From an uncultured bacterium (GTDB lineage: Bacteria > Actinomycetota > Acidimicrobiia > Spongiisociales > UBA5794), in assembly GCA_963777645.1 (NCBI GenBank), contig CAVZRA010000013.1, forward strand, positions 86,514-150,513: a DNA stretch of 64,000 nucleotides, written 5' to 3'. The notes below the pieces were generated by a model. That model saw nothing but the letters and a program-made list of their open reading frames with translations. It ran no database searches and was not told where the DNA came from. Shown piece by piece: positions 18,738-26,944 of this stretch. How positions within the stretch are numbered: position 1 is the stretch's first letter; each line of letters opens with the position of its first letter. The position numbers were made by a program, and so were the translations under genes.

Positions 18738-19604
18738 ATGGCAGCTGAGATCCTCTCCGGTCGCGACGTTGCAGCCGTTGTGAAGGAGGAGGTTGCCACC
18801 CGGGTGGCGGCGCTGAACCAACAGGGCAAGTCCGTCGGCTTAGCCACCGTTCTAGTGGGCGATGACCCGGCGTCAAAGATATACGTGCGCAACAAGCATC
18901 GAGCGGCGAAGCAGGTCGGCATGTTGTCGTTTGACTACACATTGCCCAGCGGTACCACCCAAGAGGCAGTGGAATCGCTGGTGGCACAGTTGAACGCAGA
19001 CGAGAAGATCGATGGAATGATCGTGCAACTCCCCCTGCCCGACCACCTCGACGGCCGTAGGGCGGTTCAGGCGGTTGCGCCAGCCAAGGATGCCGACGGA
19101 CTCCACCCACACAACCTCGGACTGCTCGTGCTCGATGAGCCAGGGCCGCAACCGGCAACACCGAGCGGGATCATGCGGATCCTCGACCACTATGCCATCA
19201 CAACTGCCGGCAAACGGGCCGTGGTCGTCGGCCGATCTTTCCTCGTCGGTCGCCCCATCGCCATCATGCTCGCCAGGAAAGGTGTGGATGCAACGGTGAC
19301 ACAGGCCCATTCCAGGACGCCCGAGTTGGACTCACTTCTCCGCACTGCCGACATCCTGGTGGTCGCGGCGGGCCGACCGGGCCTCGTCAACGCCCAAGAC
19401 GTAAAGCCGGGAGCGGTCGTCATTGACGTCGGCACCAATCGAACCGACGACGGATTGGTTGGCGATGTCGACTTTGCCACGGTAGCGGAGGTGGCCGGTG
19501 CAATCACACCAGTTCCCGGTGGCGTCGGCCCCATGACCATCGCCTCCCTCCTCGCAAACACGGTTGCCGCTGCCGAGCGGTCGAACGAAGGGCGCCACGT
19601 GTGA
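18738..19604 (+). CDS. folD: Bifunctional 5,10-methylene-THF dehydrogenase / methenyl-THF cyclohydrolase
   Basis: 'ATVLVGDDPASKIYVRNKHRAAKQVGM', 'DGMIVQLPLP' and 'PGGVGPMT'. ATG 18738 has a GGGAG RBS. Confidence 0.9.
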   Translation: MAAEILSGRDVAAVVKEEVATRVAALNQQGKSVGLATVLVGDDPASKIYVRNKHRAAKQVGMLSFDYTLPSGTTQEAVESLVAQLNADEKIDGMIVQLPLPDHLDGRRAVQAVAPAKDADGLHPHNLGLLVLDEPGPQPATPSGIMRILDHYAITTAGKRAVVVGRSFLVGRPIAIMLARKGVDATVTQAHSRTPELDSLLRTADILVVAAGRPGLVNAQDVKPGAVVIDVGTNRTDDGLVGDVDFATVAEVAGAITPVPGGVGPMTIASLLANTVAAAERSNEGRHV

Positions 19605-20944
19605 GGGATTCCATTTCTGCATTCATGGATGACGTGAGACAGCGCAGCGCTGGCGAAGCCGAATTCCATCAGGCTGTTAGGGAGGTCGTCGAGTCGATCT
19701 ATCCGATTCTCGACGAGTACCCGACGATACGAGAGGCGAAGGTCCTCGAACGTATGGTTGAACCCGAGCGCGTAATCATGTTCCGGGTGCCCTGGGTCGA
19801 CGACGCCGGCGCGGTTCAGATAAACCGCGGATTCCGGGTCGAGGTCAACAGCGCCATCGGTCCCTACAAGGGCGGGCTGCGGTTCCACCCCAGCGTCAAC
19901 CTTGGGATCCTGAAGTTTCTGGGATTCGAACAAGTCTTCAAGAATGCTCTCACGACACTTCCAATGGGTGGGGCCAAAGGTGGCTCGGATTTTGATCCGA
20001 AGGGCAAGAGCGAGATGGAGGTCATGCGCTTCTGCCAGTCTTTCATGAACGAACTCTGGCGCCATATCGGTGCTCGTACCGATGTGCCGGCAGGTGACAT
20101 CGGTGTCGGGGGCCGGGAAATCGGCTACCTGTTTGGCCAATACAAGAGACTGTCCAACAAGTTCGCCGGTGTCCTTACCGGCAAAGGCCCCGGCTGGGGA
20201 GGAAGTCTGATCCGACCTGAGGCCACGGGATACGGGACCATCTACTTCGCCGAGGAGATGCTCAGCGTCAAGAACGACAGCATCTACCAGAAGACTTGTC
20301 TGGTCTCGGGCTCGGGAAATGTTGCCCAATACGCTGTCGAGAACATCAACCGCATCGGCGGCAAGGCCGTGACTCTGTCCGACTCCGATGGCTACGTATA
20401 CGACAAAGATGGGATAGACGACGAGAAATTGGCGTGGGTCATGGACCTCAAGAACATCCGTCGCGGAAGGATCTCTGAGTACGCCGACAGATACGGCGTT
20501 GATTACTACAAAGGTGAGCGTCCTTGGGCGGTCGAGGGCGCGGACTGCGCTTTTCCTTGTGCGACTCAGAACGAGGTGAGCCTCGAAGACGCAAAACGCC
20601 TGATCACCAACAAAGTGGTCCTTGTTGCCGAAGGCGCCAACATGCCGACAGTGCCGGACGGCGTGCATATGTTCCAGCACGAGGGCATCTTGTTCGCCCC
20701 CGGCAAGGCAGCCAACGCCGGCGGTGTCGCCACCAGCGGACTCGAGATGGCACAGAACGCGGGGCACACCTCTTGGGATCGCGACACGGTCGACCGGAAA
20801 CTCCGCGACATCATGGTGAACATCCACAAGAACGTCTACAGCGCCGCCGCTGCCCACGACGCACCCGGCGACTATGTCAGGGGTGCCAACATCGCCGGCT
20901 TCCTCAAGGTGGCCGACGCAATGCTGGCCCAGGGCGTGGTGTAG
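19601..20944 (+). CDS. gdhA: NADP-type glutamate dehydrogenase
   Basis: Collinear with E. coli GdhA ('GPYKGGLRFHPSVNLGILKFLGFEQVFKNALTTLPMGGAKGGSDFDPKGKS'). GTG 19601 overlaps the folD TGA. Confidence 0.9.
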   Translation: MRDSISAFMDDVRQRSAGEAEFHQAVREVVESIYPILDEYPTIREAKVLERMVEPERVIMFRVPWVDDAGAVQINRGFRVEVNSAIGPYKGGLRFHPSVNLGILKFLGFEQVFKNALTTLPMGGAKGGSDFDPKGKSEMEVMRFCQSFMNELWRHIGARTDVPAGDIGVGGREIGYLFGQYKRLSNKFAGVLTGKGPGWGGSLIRPEATGYGTIYFAEEMLSVKNDSIYQKTCLVSGSGNVAQYAVENINRIGGKAVTLSDSDGYVYDKDGIDDEKLAWVMDLKNIRRGRISEYADRYGVDYYKGERPWAVEGADCAFPCATQNEVSLEDAKRLITNKVVLVAEGANMPTVPDGVHMFQHEGILFAPGKAANAGGVATSGLEMAQNAGHTSWDRDTVDRKLRDIMVNIHKNVYSAAAAHDAPGDYVRGANIAGFLKVADAMLAQGVV

Positions 20945-21000
20945 CAACGAATCGGGTACGCCCACGATCGGCAAGAATGCGACCAGCAGCGGAGGAACAA

Positions 21001-21375
21001 ATGACAAGAAAGACGGTTGGCTACTTCGAGGGAACAGATTCAACGCTGCTAACCAACCTCATCTGCAATGGCTACGACACACTTCCAGTCTCGAACGGAG
21101 TAGACCATCACGGCAAGTCCGCATACCTCATAAACGACAAGGAGAAGTACGATCTCCTTGTCGGGTATGTACACAAGTTGTACCACCCGGACCGGCTAGG
21201 CCTTCCCTACCAAAGGCTCTTCCATATTTGCAACACCTATGGAATCCCCGTCTTGATTGAGGTCCCCGCCGCTCTACAAGAAATGGCCAGGGCTCTCATG
21301 CCCGAGGCACCAGACATCGTCGAATTCCTCGACCCCGCCGACATACTCAACCGGACTATGGAACTTCTTGGATAA
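21001..21375 (+). CDS. Hypothetical 124-aa protein
   Basis: ATG 21001 directly follows GGAGGAACAA. No family recognised. G+C is about 52% by hand count, which appears lower than the flanks. The tracked ORF from 20524 overlaps the gdhA 3' end and is rejected. Confidence 0.5.
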   Translation: MTRKTVGYFEGTDSTLLTNLICNGYDTLPVSNGVDHHGKSAYLINDKEKYDLLVGYVHKLYHPDRLGLPYQRLFHICNTYGIPVLIEVPAALQEMARALMPEAPDIVEFLDPADILNRTMELLG

Positions 21376-21418
21376 CCCGGCCCCACCACCTGCGACAACC
21401 GTCCTCTTGAGCTGTGCC

Positions 21419-22057
21419 ATGCTCGAGCCCTACCTGACCCCACTTCTCGACGGCGGTATGCCCGCCACGTTCTTCGACCTCGGCCTACACGACAACCCGA
21501 CCCGGATGCGGCCGGCCCTCCAGGACCAACTGGACGCACTTGCCGAGCCCACCACGGTCCTCATCGGGTACGGATTGTGCGGCAACGGCGTGGTAGGCCT
21601 CGAGGCCGGACCACATACCCTGATCCTGCCCAAAGCCCACGATTGCATCGGCATGGCCTACGGTTCGGCCGAAGCCCACGCTGCAGCGATCAAGGCTAAT
21701 CCCGGTACCTATTACGTAACCAGGGGCTGGATCGGGACCGGGAACGATCCCCTCGAACAGTACGAACGATATGTCGAGCAGTACGGCGAGAAACGAGCCG
21801 ACCGCGTGGTCGAGGCGTTCTACGGTCACTACGACAGGGTCTGCCTAATCGCGTTCTCGGAAGAAGAACTGGCCGATGTCAGGCCGTTGGCAGCCCCCGT
21901 GGTTCAATGGTTCCAGGATCGATGGCAGCTTGAATACGTCGAGAAGGTCGGAGAGTCTTCTTTCATCGAGCGCCTCGTGACCGAACAGCGGAAGACACCC
22001 GATGAATTTGTAATCGTTGATCCCGGCGGCACGGTCACAATGGAGATGTTCCTCTAA
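21419..22057 (+). CDS. DUF1638 domain protein
   Basis: 'VLIGYGLCGNG...LILPKAHDCIGM...YYVTRGW' is typical of DUF1638. The start is ATG 21419, or TTG 21407. Confidence 0.65.
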   Translation: MLEPYLTPLLDGGMPATFFDLGLHDNPTRMRPALQDQLDALAEPTTVLIGYGLCGNGVVGLEAGPHTLILPKAHDCIGMAYGSAEAHAAAIKANPGTYYVTRGWIGTGNDPLEQYERYVEQYGEKRADRVVEAFYGHYDRVCLIAFSEEELADVRPLAAPVVQWFQDRWQLEYVEKVGESSFIERLVTEQRKTPDEFVIVDPGGTVTMEMFL

Positions 22058-22061
22058 GCGG

Positions 22062-22096
22062 GGCCACGCCAACGTTGTGGCCGGCCCGGTTGGGCC
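22062..22096. terminator. Two short GC hairpins in a convergent gap
   Basis: GGCCAC...GTGGCC at 22062-22082 and GGCCC-GGTT-GGGCC at 22083-22096, between the stops at 22057 (+) and 22130 (-). Confidence 0.3.
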
Positions 22097-22129
22097 CGCC
22101 ACAGACCCCCAGGCGACCCTCAACCATTG

Positions 22130-24349
22130 TTACCCCAGGGCAATATCCTGCGGCAATACCGGTGTCCGCGTCAGAGCCCGGCCGGTGGCATCCCGGATCG
22201 CTGCAACAACCGCAGGCGTGGCTGAGATAGTCGGCGGCTCACCTATCCCCTTGGCGCCGAACGGTCCCCAGTGGTCGGGCTCTTCCACAAAACGCACCTC
22301 TATATGGGGCGCATCGAGGAAGGTTGGCAACAGGTAGTCGGTGAAGTTCGCATTGAGGATCTTGCCGTCGTCGATCACGAGCTCTTCGAGAACAGCAAGG
22401 CCAACGCCCTGCATCGTTCCACCCTCGATCTGGCCGACAGCCGCTATCGGGTTGAGCACCTTCCCGACATCCTGGACTGTGTCGATCTGAACCACCCGCA
22501 CCAGCCCCAGCTCCGGGTCCACATCTACAACCGCCCGATGCGCCGCAACGGCAAACCCGGCGTGCATGTCACCCTGACCGTTCTCGTCGGGCGGAAAGGT
22601 CTCTGGATGACGAAACCGAATCTCATGTTTTGCAACGTCAGTTGCGCAGATCTCGCTACGAGCAACAATCAGATTGCCGTCGCGCCACGCTCCTTCTTCA
22701 CTGAGATCGTCTGCGCCAAAACGCTCGAGGATCTTGTCCCTGAGCTCAGTCGCCGCGTGGAAGACGGCACCACCGGTCATCTGCGTCTGGCGTGACGCCG
22801 ACGTTGAGCCTGAGGAGCCGATACGGGACGTGTCGCTCCACACAACGTCCACTCGCTCGATTCCAAGAACAGAACGAGCTATCTGCTGGAGAATGGTGAC
22901 CAAACCCTGGCCGACTTCGACGGCGGCGGTGTGAACCTCCACTCCCACCTCCGTGAGAACCACGCGGACGTCGGCGTAATCATCGAAGCCCTCCGAAAAC
23001 GCCAGGTTCTTCAGGGTGACCCCGTAGCCAATCCCCCGCTTGACGTGGCTGGCGCCGGTCGTCAGCCCCGTACCACCAGGGAGATGGCGCGGATCATCGG
23101 ATTCCAACGGTTCGGGCAGGGGCATGGAGGCCAGTTCATCAATGACTCTGGTGGTCGGCAGCGAACCCTCGATAATCTGACCGGTCGTCGAGTTCGGTTG
23201 CCCGGCCTCCAGCGCGTTGCGTCGACGCAGCTCGAGTGGATCAATCCCGAGTTCAGCGGCCAAGCGATCCATCTGGGCCTCATGGGCGAATGCCGACTGA
23301 ACACACCCAAAGCCGCGCATCGCCCCGGCGGGCGGGTTATTGGTCTTGGCCGCCACAGCATCGACCACAACGTTGTCACAAACGTATGGACCGACCGCAA
23401 AGTATGCGGCGTTGAAAGTCACCGCGTTCGAGGTCGCGTGATAGGGACCGCCATCGAGAATGATCTTCGCTTCGACCTTGACCAGCTTGCCATCACGATT
23501 GGCTTCGTGGCGGAACCACATCTTGGCTGGATGACGATGCACATGGCCGACGAAGCCTTCCGCACGGTCGAACATCATCTTCACCGGACGACCGGTCCGT
23601 AAAGCCAGCATGCACAAGTGGATATGCATGCTCATGTCTTCTCGCGCACCGAAGGCCCCACCCATGCCGACCGGATGACACCGCACTTGCTCAGGCTCGA
23701 GTGCCAGACACGGATATATCTGGGCATGATCCTCGTGGACCCACTGGCTCGTAGCATGAAGATCAACGCCACCTTCGCCATCCGGAATAGCCAAGCCCGC
23801 CTCGTTACCCAGCGGAGCCTGATCCTGCTGTCCGACTTCGTAGTATCCCTCTACGACAACGTCGCCGACTGCGTTCGGATCACCGCGGCGCATCCGGGGC
23901 CGGCAGGTAACCGAGTCGAGCTTGTCGGCAAGTTCCGAATCCACAAGCGGTTCCAACACTTCGTATTCAACGAGAATGGCGGCAACCGCACGTTGTGCGG
24001 TTCTTGGATCGTCGGCGGCGACGATGGCCACCGGTTCACCCCAGAACTGCGTCTGCTCTGACGCGAGGACGGGCTGATCCTGGACCGCCTGGCCAAAGAA
24101 CGGTTTTCCGGGTACGTCTTCGTGGGTCAACACGGCGTGAACTCCCGTCATGGCCAACGCCGGAGTGGTATCCAACTTCGTGATTCGAGCTCGTGGGTAC
24201 GGGCTGCGCAGAGTTGCGCCCCACAACATGCCATCCATGTGAAGGTCCGAAGCGTATGCAAAACGACCGCGCACCTTCAAGAGCCCGTCGGGCCGGAGCG
24301 GCGAAGTGCCTACACCATCTCTCACTCTCGTCTTTGCGAATGTCGTCAT
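22130..24349 (-). CDS. Xanthine-dehydrogenase-family molybdopterin-binding large subunit
   Basis: 'VRGRFAYASDL', 'GGAFGAREDM', 'RGFGCVQSAF' and 'PFGAKGIGE'. ATG 24349 overlaps the FeS-subunit stop (ATGA). Confidence 0.85.
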   Translation of the reverse strand: MTTFAKTRVRDGVGTSPLRPDGLLKVRGRFAYASDLHMDGMLWGATLRSPYPRARITKLDTTPALAMTGVHAVLTHEDVPGKPFFGQAVQDQPVLASEQTQFWGEPVAIVAADDPRTAQRAVAAILVEYEVLEPLVDSELADKLDSVTCRPRMRRGDPNAVGDVVVEGYYEVGQQDQAPLGNEAGLAIPDGEGGVDLHATSQWVHEDHAQIYPCLALEPEQVRCHPVGMGGAFGAREDMSMHIHLCMLALRTGRPVKMMFDRAEGFVGHVHRHPAKMWFRHEANRDGKLVKVEAKIILDGGPYHATSNAVTFNAAYFAVGPYVCDNVVVDAVAAKTNNPPAGAMRGFGCVQSAFAHEAQMDRLAAELGIDPLELRRRNALEAGQPNSTTGQIIEGSLPTTRVIDELASMPLPEPLESDDPRHLPGGTGLTTGASHVKRGIGYGVTLKNLAFSEGFDDYADVRVVLTEVGVEVHTAAVEVGQGLVTILQQIARSVLGIERVDVVWSDTSRIGSSGSTSASRQTQMTGGAVFHAATELRDKILERFGADDLSEEGAWRDGNLIVARSEICATDVAKHEIRFRHPETFPPDENGQGDMHAGFAVAAHRAVVDVDPELGLVRVVQIDTVQDVGKVLNPIAAVGQIEGGTMQGVGLAVLEELVIDDGKILNANFTDYLLPTFLDAPHIEVRFVEEPDHWGPFGAKGIGEPPTISATPAVVAAIRDATGRALTRTPVLPQDIALG

Positions 24350-24810
24350 CCGCTCATCTCCTCTGCCAGGGCTTCGAGACCACGGAGAATGGCACCGTAT
24401 CCGGTGCACCGGCAAATGTTCCCCGACAGTGCCTCCCGAATCGTGTCATCACTCGGATGTGGGTTCTCTCCGAAGAGGTGCGCTGCCGCTACGACGAAGC
24501 CTGGTGTGCAAAAGCCGCATTGGACCGCACCGGCGTTGATCAGTGCTCTCTGGACGACGTTCAGTTCCCGATCGGACGAGAGTCCCTCGATCGTGGTGAT
24601 TTCGGAGTTCTCGCAATCTGCTGCCATGACGAGACATGACGTCACCAACGACCCATCGAGGATTACCGAGCATGAACCGCACTCCCCCTGCTCACACGCG
24701 TTCTTCGATCCGGGAAGACCCAGCTGCTCGCGCAGCACCTCGAGTAGGCTCTCGGGACCTGTCACCACCGCGTTGCGCATCTCGTCGTTGACCTTCATGT
24801 TGACAATCAT
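24346..24810 (-). CDS. (2Fe-2S)-binding small subunit of Mo hydroxylase
   Basis: 'CEQGECGSCSV', 'CGFCTPG' and 'CRCTGY'. ATG 24810 overlaps the FAD-subunit stop (ATGA). Confidence 0.85.
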   Translation of the reverse strand: MIVNMKVNDEMRNAVVTGPESLLEVLREQLGLPGSKNACEQGECGSCSVILDGSLVTSCLVMAADCENSEITTIEGLSSDRELNVVQRALINAGAVQCGFCTPGFVVAAAHLFGENPHPSDDTIREALSGNICRCTGYGAILRGLEALAEEMSG

Positions 24811-25634
24811 TGCGCCAGGCACCTTTCAAGTAAACGACGGGCCAATACCCCGGAAGCATGGCGGCGATAGGCTTCGGTGGAGCGATGGTCGGTAATCGGC
24901 TGCACCTCCTCGGAAACCGTTCTGGCGAACTCTTCGAGCAGTTCCGCCGACGGCGCCGGGTTGCCCGAGATGAGGGCTTCCGCTCGGCGGGCCCGCAGCG
25001 GCGTCGTGGCTACCGAACCGAGGGCGACGCGCACCGACCCGTTCTCGGCTCTCATGACACAGGCAGACACGGTCGAGATAACCATCGCACTACGCTGACC
25101 GATCTTGCCAAAATGCTGATTCGATGGGATGTCTTCCGGCACCATGACGGCGACTATCAATTCGTCGGCCTCGAGGGCATTGCGTTTGACCCCGGTGAAG
25201 AAAGCGTCCCACGGAATGAGACGCGTTCCTCTCGCCTTGGAATAGACCTCTATCTCGGCCTCGGCGGCGGCCAACCACGGAAGACCATCTCCGGCGGGGC
25301 TCGAGGTGCCGATATTGCCGCCAATCGTGCCCGCGGCGCGGATCTGAGGAGACCCAACGGTGCGGGCGGCCTGGGCGAGAGCCTGATGGGAACAGCCCTC
25401 AAGACGAGCCCAGGTCACCCCGGCTCCGATACGGCGGTCGGTGTATTTCGCCAACTCATCAACCTTGCGGAGCCCTATGACATGCTCGGGCGAGAAGCGT
25501 CCGAAATTGACCTCCACCATGAGGTCGGTTCCACCAGCGAGCAAGGATGCGTTTGGGTCGCTGGCCTTGGCAGAGGCTGCCTCGTCGAGTGACGTTGGTC
25601 GACTGAACTCCACCGATTCCTCCTTACCAGTCAC
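24807..25634 (-). CDS. FAD-binding medium subunit of Mo hydroxylase (CoxM/XdhB-like)
   Basis: 'LLAGGTDLMVEVNF' and 'GTIGGNIGTSSPAGD'. GTG start at 25634. Confidence 0.85.
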   Translation of the reverse strand: MTGKEESVEFSRPTSLDEAASAKASDPNASLLAGGTDLMVEVNFGRFSPEHVIGLRKVDELAKYTDRRIGAGVTWARLEGCSHQALAQAARTVGSPQIRAAGTIGGNIGTSSPAGDGLPWLAAAEAEIEVYSKARGTRLIPWDAFFTGVKRNALEADELIVAVMVPEDIPSNQHFGKIGQRSAMVISTVSACVMRAENGSVRVALGSVATTPLRARRAEALISGNPAPSAELLEEFARTVSEEVQPITDHRSTEAYRRHASGVLARRLLERCLAQ

Positions 25635-25644
25635 CGTCTGGGAG

Positions 25645-25661
25645 TATTGACTGTTTCAATA
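25645..25661. promoter_or_regulatory. Operator-like palindrome site C: TATTGA-CTGTT-TCAATA (perfect; flanks G...C)
   Basis: Perfect inverted repeat 11 nt upstream of the FAD-subunit start, in the divergent region shared with the FNT gene. Confidence 0.55.
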
Positions 25662-25753
25662 CTAGCTGGCGAACGACTAGTCCATCCAGCTTGCCCCTCA
25701 AATCATGAATGCAGTCCCGCCGAGCTTGATCCTCGTCTCGCAAAGGTTAGAAT

Positions 25754-25770
25754 TATAGTTTCTATCAATA
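25754..25770. promoter_or_regulatory. Operator-like site D: TATAGT-TTCTA-TCAATA
   Basis: 10 of 12 matches with a perfect right half. It lies just upstream of the RBS of the FNT gene. Confidence 0.35.
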
Positions 25771-25785
25771 ATCGGGAGAGATTCG

Positions 25786-26655
25786 ATGACCCAACAGTTG
25801 TCCAGCCAACCTACGCTCGACGCGCTCGTTCCACCTGATATGGCTCAGAAGGCTGAAGATATCGGGGTGGCCAAGGTCAATCTGAACCCGGCAAGCTTGT
25901 TTGCTCTGGCGGTACTGGCCGGTGCCTTCATAGCCCTCGGAGCCATCTTTGCTACCACAGTCACCACCGGTGCCGGTACACTTCCATTCGGAGTCGCCAA
26001 AGTGCTCGGGGGTCTGGCCTTCAGTCTTGGCCTGATCCTCGTAATCGGCGCCGGCGCCGAACTATTCACTGGCAACAACCTGATCGTGATGGCATGGGCC
26101 GGTGGGAAGGTCTCAACCCGGCGCCTCATGTACAACTGGATCGTTGTCTACGTTGGCAACTTTGTCGGCTCAATCGTGACTGCCTACATGATGTTCTTGA
26201 GCCGCCAGTACCTCTTCGCCGATGGGGCTGTTGGTCTCAACGTCCTCAAGACCGCGACCGCAAAGACAAGTCTCGATTTCGGGCAAGCCATCGTGCTTGG
26301 AATCTTCTGTAACGCACTCGTGTGCCTCGCTGTATGGCTTTCGTTCAGCGCCCGAACGCTTACCGACAAGATCCTGGCGGTCATATTCCCTATCACCGCG
26401 TTTGTCGCTGCCGGCTTCGAGCACTCCGTCGCCAACATGTATTTCATCCCAACGGGCCTGTTCGTGAAGTCAGGGGCGATCGATGAATTCTGGAAGACAA
26501 CCGGAACTGCGGCATCCGACTTCGGCAATCTGACCTGGGGTAGATTCCTGACCGCAAACCTACTCCCGGTGACAATAGGCAACACCATCGGTGGAGTTGC
26601 ACTGGTTGGTCTCGTGTATTGGTTCATCTATCGCCGTCCGCAGACCTCGACTTGA
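25786..26655 (+). CDS. Formate/nitrite transporter (FNT) family channel
   Basis: 'AELFTGNNL' and 'GFEHSVANMYF' are FNT signatures, and there are six hydrophobic segments. Substrate (formate, nitrite or other) cannot be assigned from sequence. Confidence 0.85.
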   Translation: MTQQLSSQPTLDALVPPDMAQKAEDIGVAKVNLNPASLFALAVLAGAFIALGAIFATTVTTGAGTLPFGVAKVLGGLAFSLGLILVIGAGAELFTGNNLIVMAWAGGKVSTRRLMYNWIVVYVGNFVGSIVTAYMMFLSRQYLFADGAVGLNVLKTATAKTSLDFGQAIVLGIFCNALVCLAVWLSFSARTLTDKILAVIFPITAFVAAGFEHSVANMYFIPTGLFVKSGAIDEFWKTTGTAASDFGNLTWGRFLTANLLPVTIGNTIGGVALVGLVYWFIYRRPQTST

Positions 26656-26676
26656 CCCACCGCGTACACGATGAGA

Positions 26677-26693
26677 TATTGTTGTGATCAATG
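26677..26693. promoter_or_regulatory. Operator-like site E: TATTGT-TGTGA-TCAATG
   Basis: 10 of 12 matches. It lies in a 290-bp gap between convergent stops with no convincing gene downstream. Confidence 0.3.
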
Positions 26694-26944
26694 TTGGGCA
26701 AAGGGTCCTGGGGCGGAATCGTTCCATTCGCGTCGCGCCGGCGGTCCGGGATGCACATCATTCGATGATGAGCGCGTCACACCGGAACAGTCGCTCAGTG
26801 CGGCTTTGGACCGGATCGCCGACTCCGCAGAGCAAGCCCTCGATATGGGCGCAATCGACATACTCGTTGGTATCACGTGAATGAACGCTCAGCTCAGGAG
26901 GATCGTGATAGGCAGCAACGCTTGCAACAGATCGCGCTCTGAGA

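Noticed and set aside
19190-21043. 617-aa ORF on the minus strand covering all of gdhA.
   Set aside because: It is antisense to a textbook glutamate dehydrogenase whose plus-strand translation is collinear with E. coli GdhA. The minus-strand product is low-complexity (Val/Asp/Gly/Ala/Arg-rich) with no recognisable motifs. This is a typical high-GC shadow ORF.
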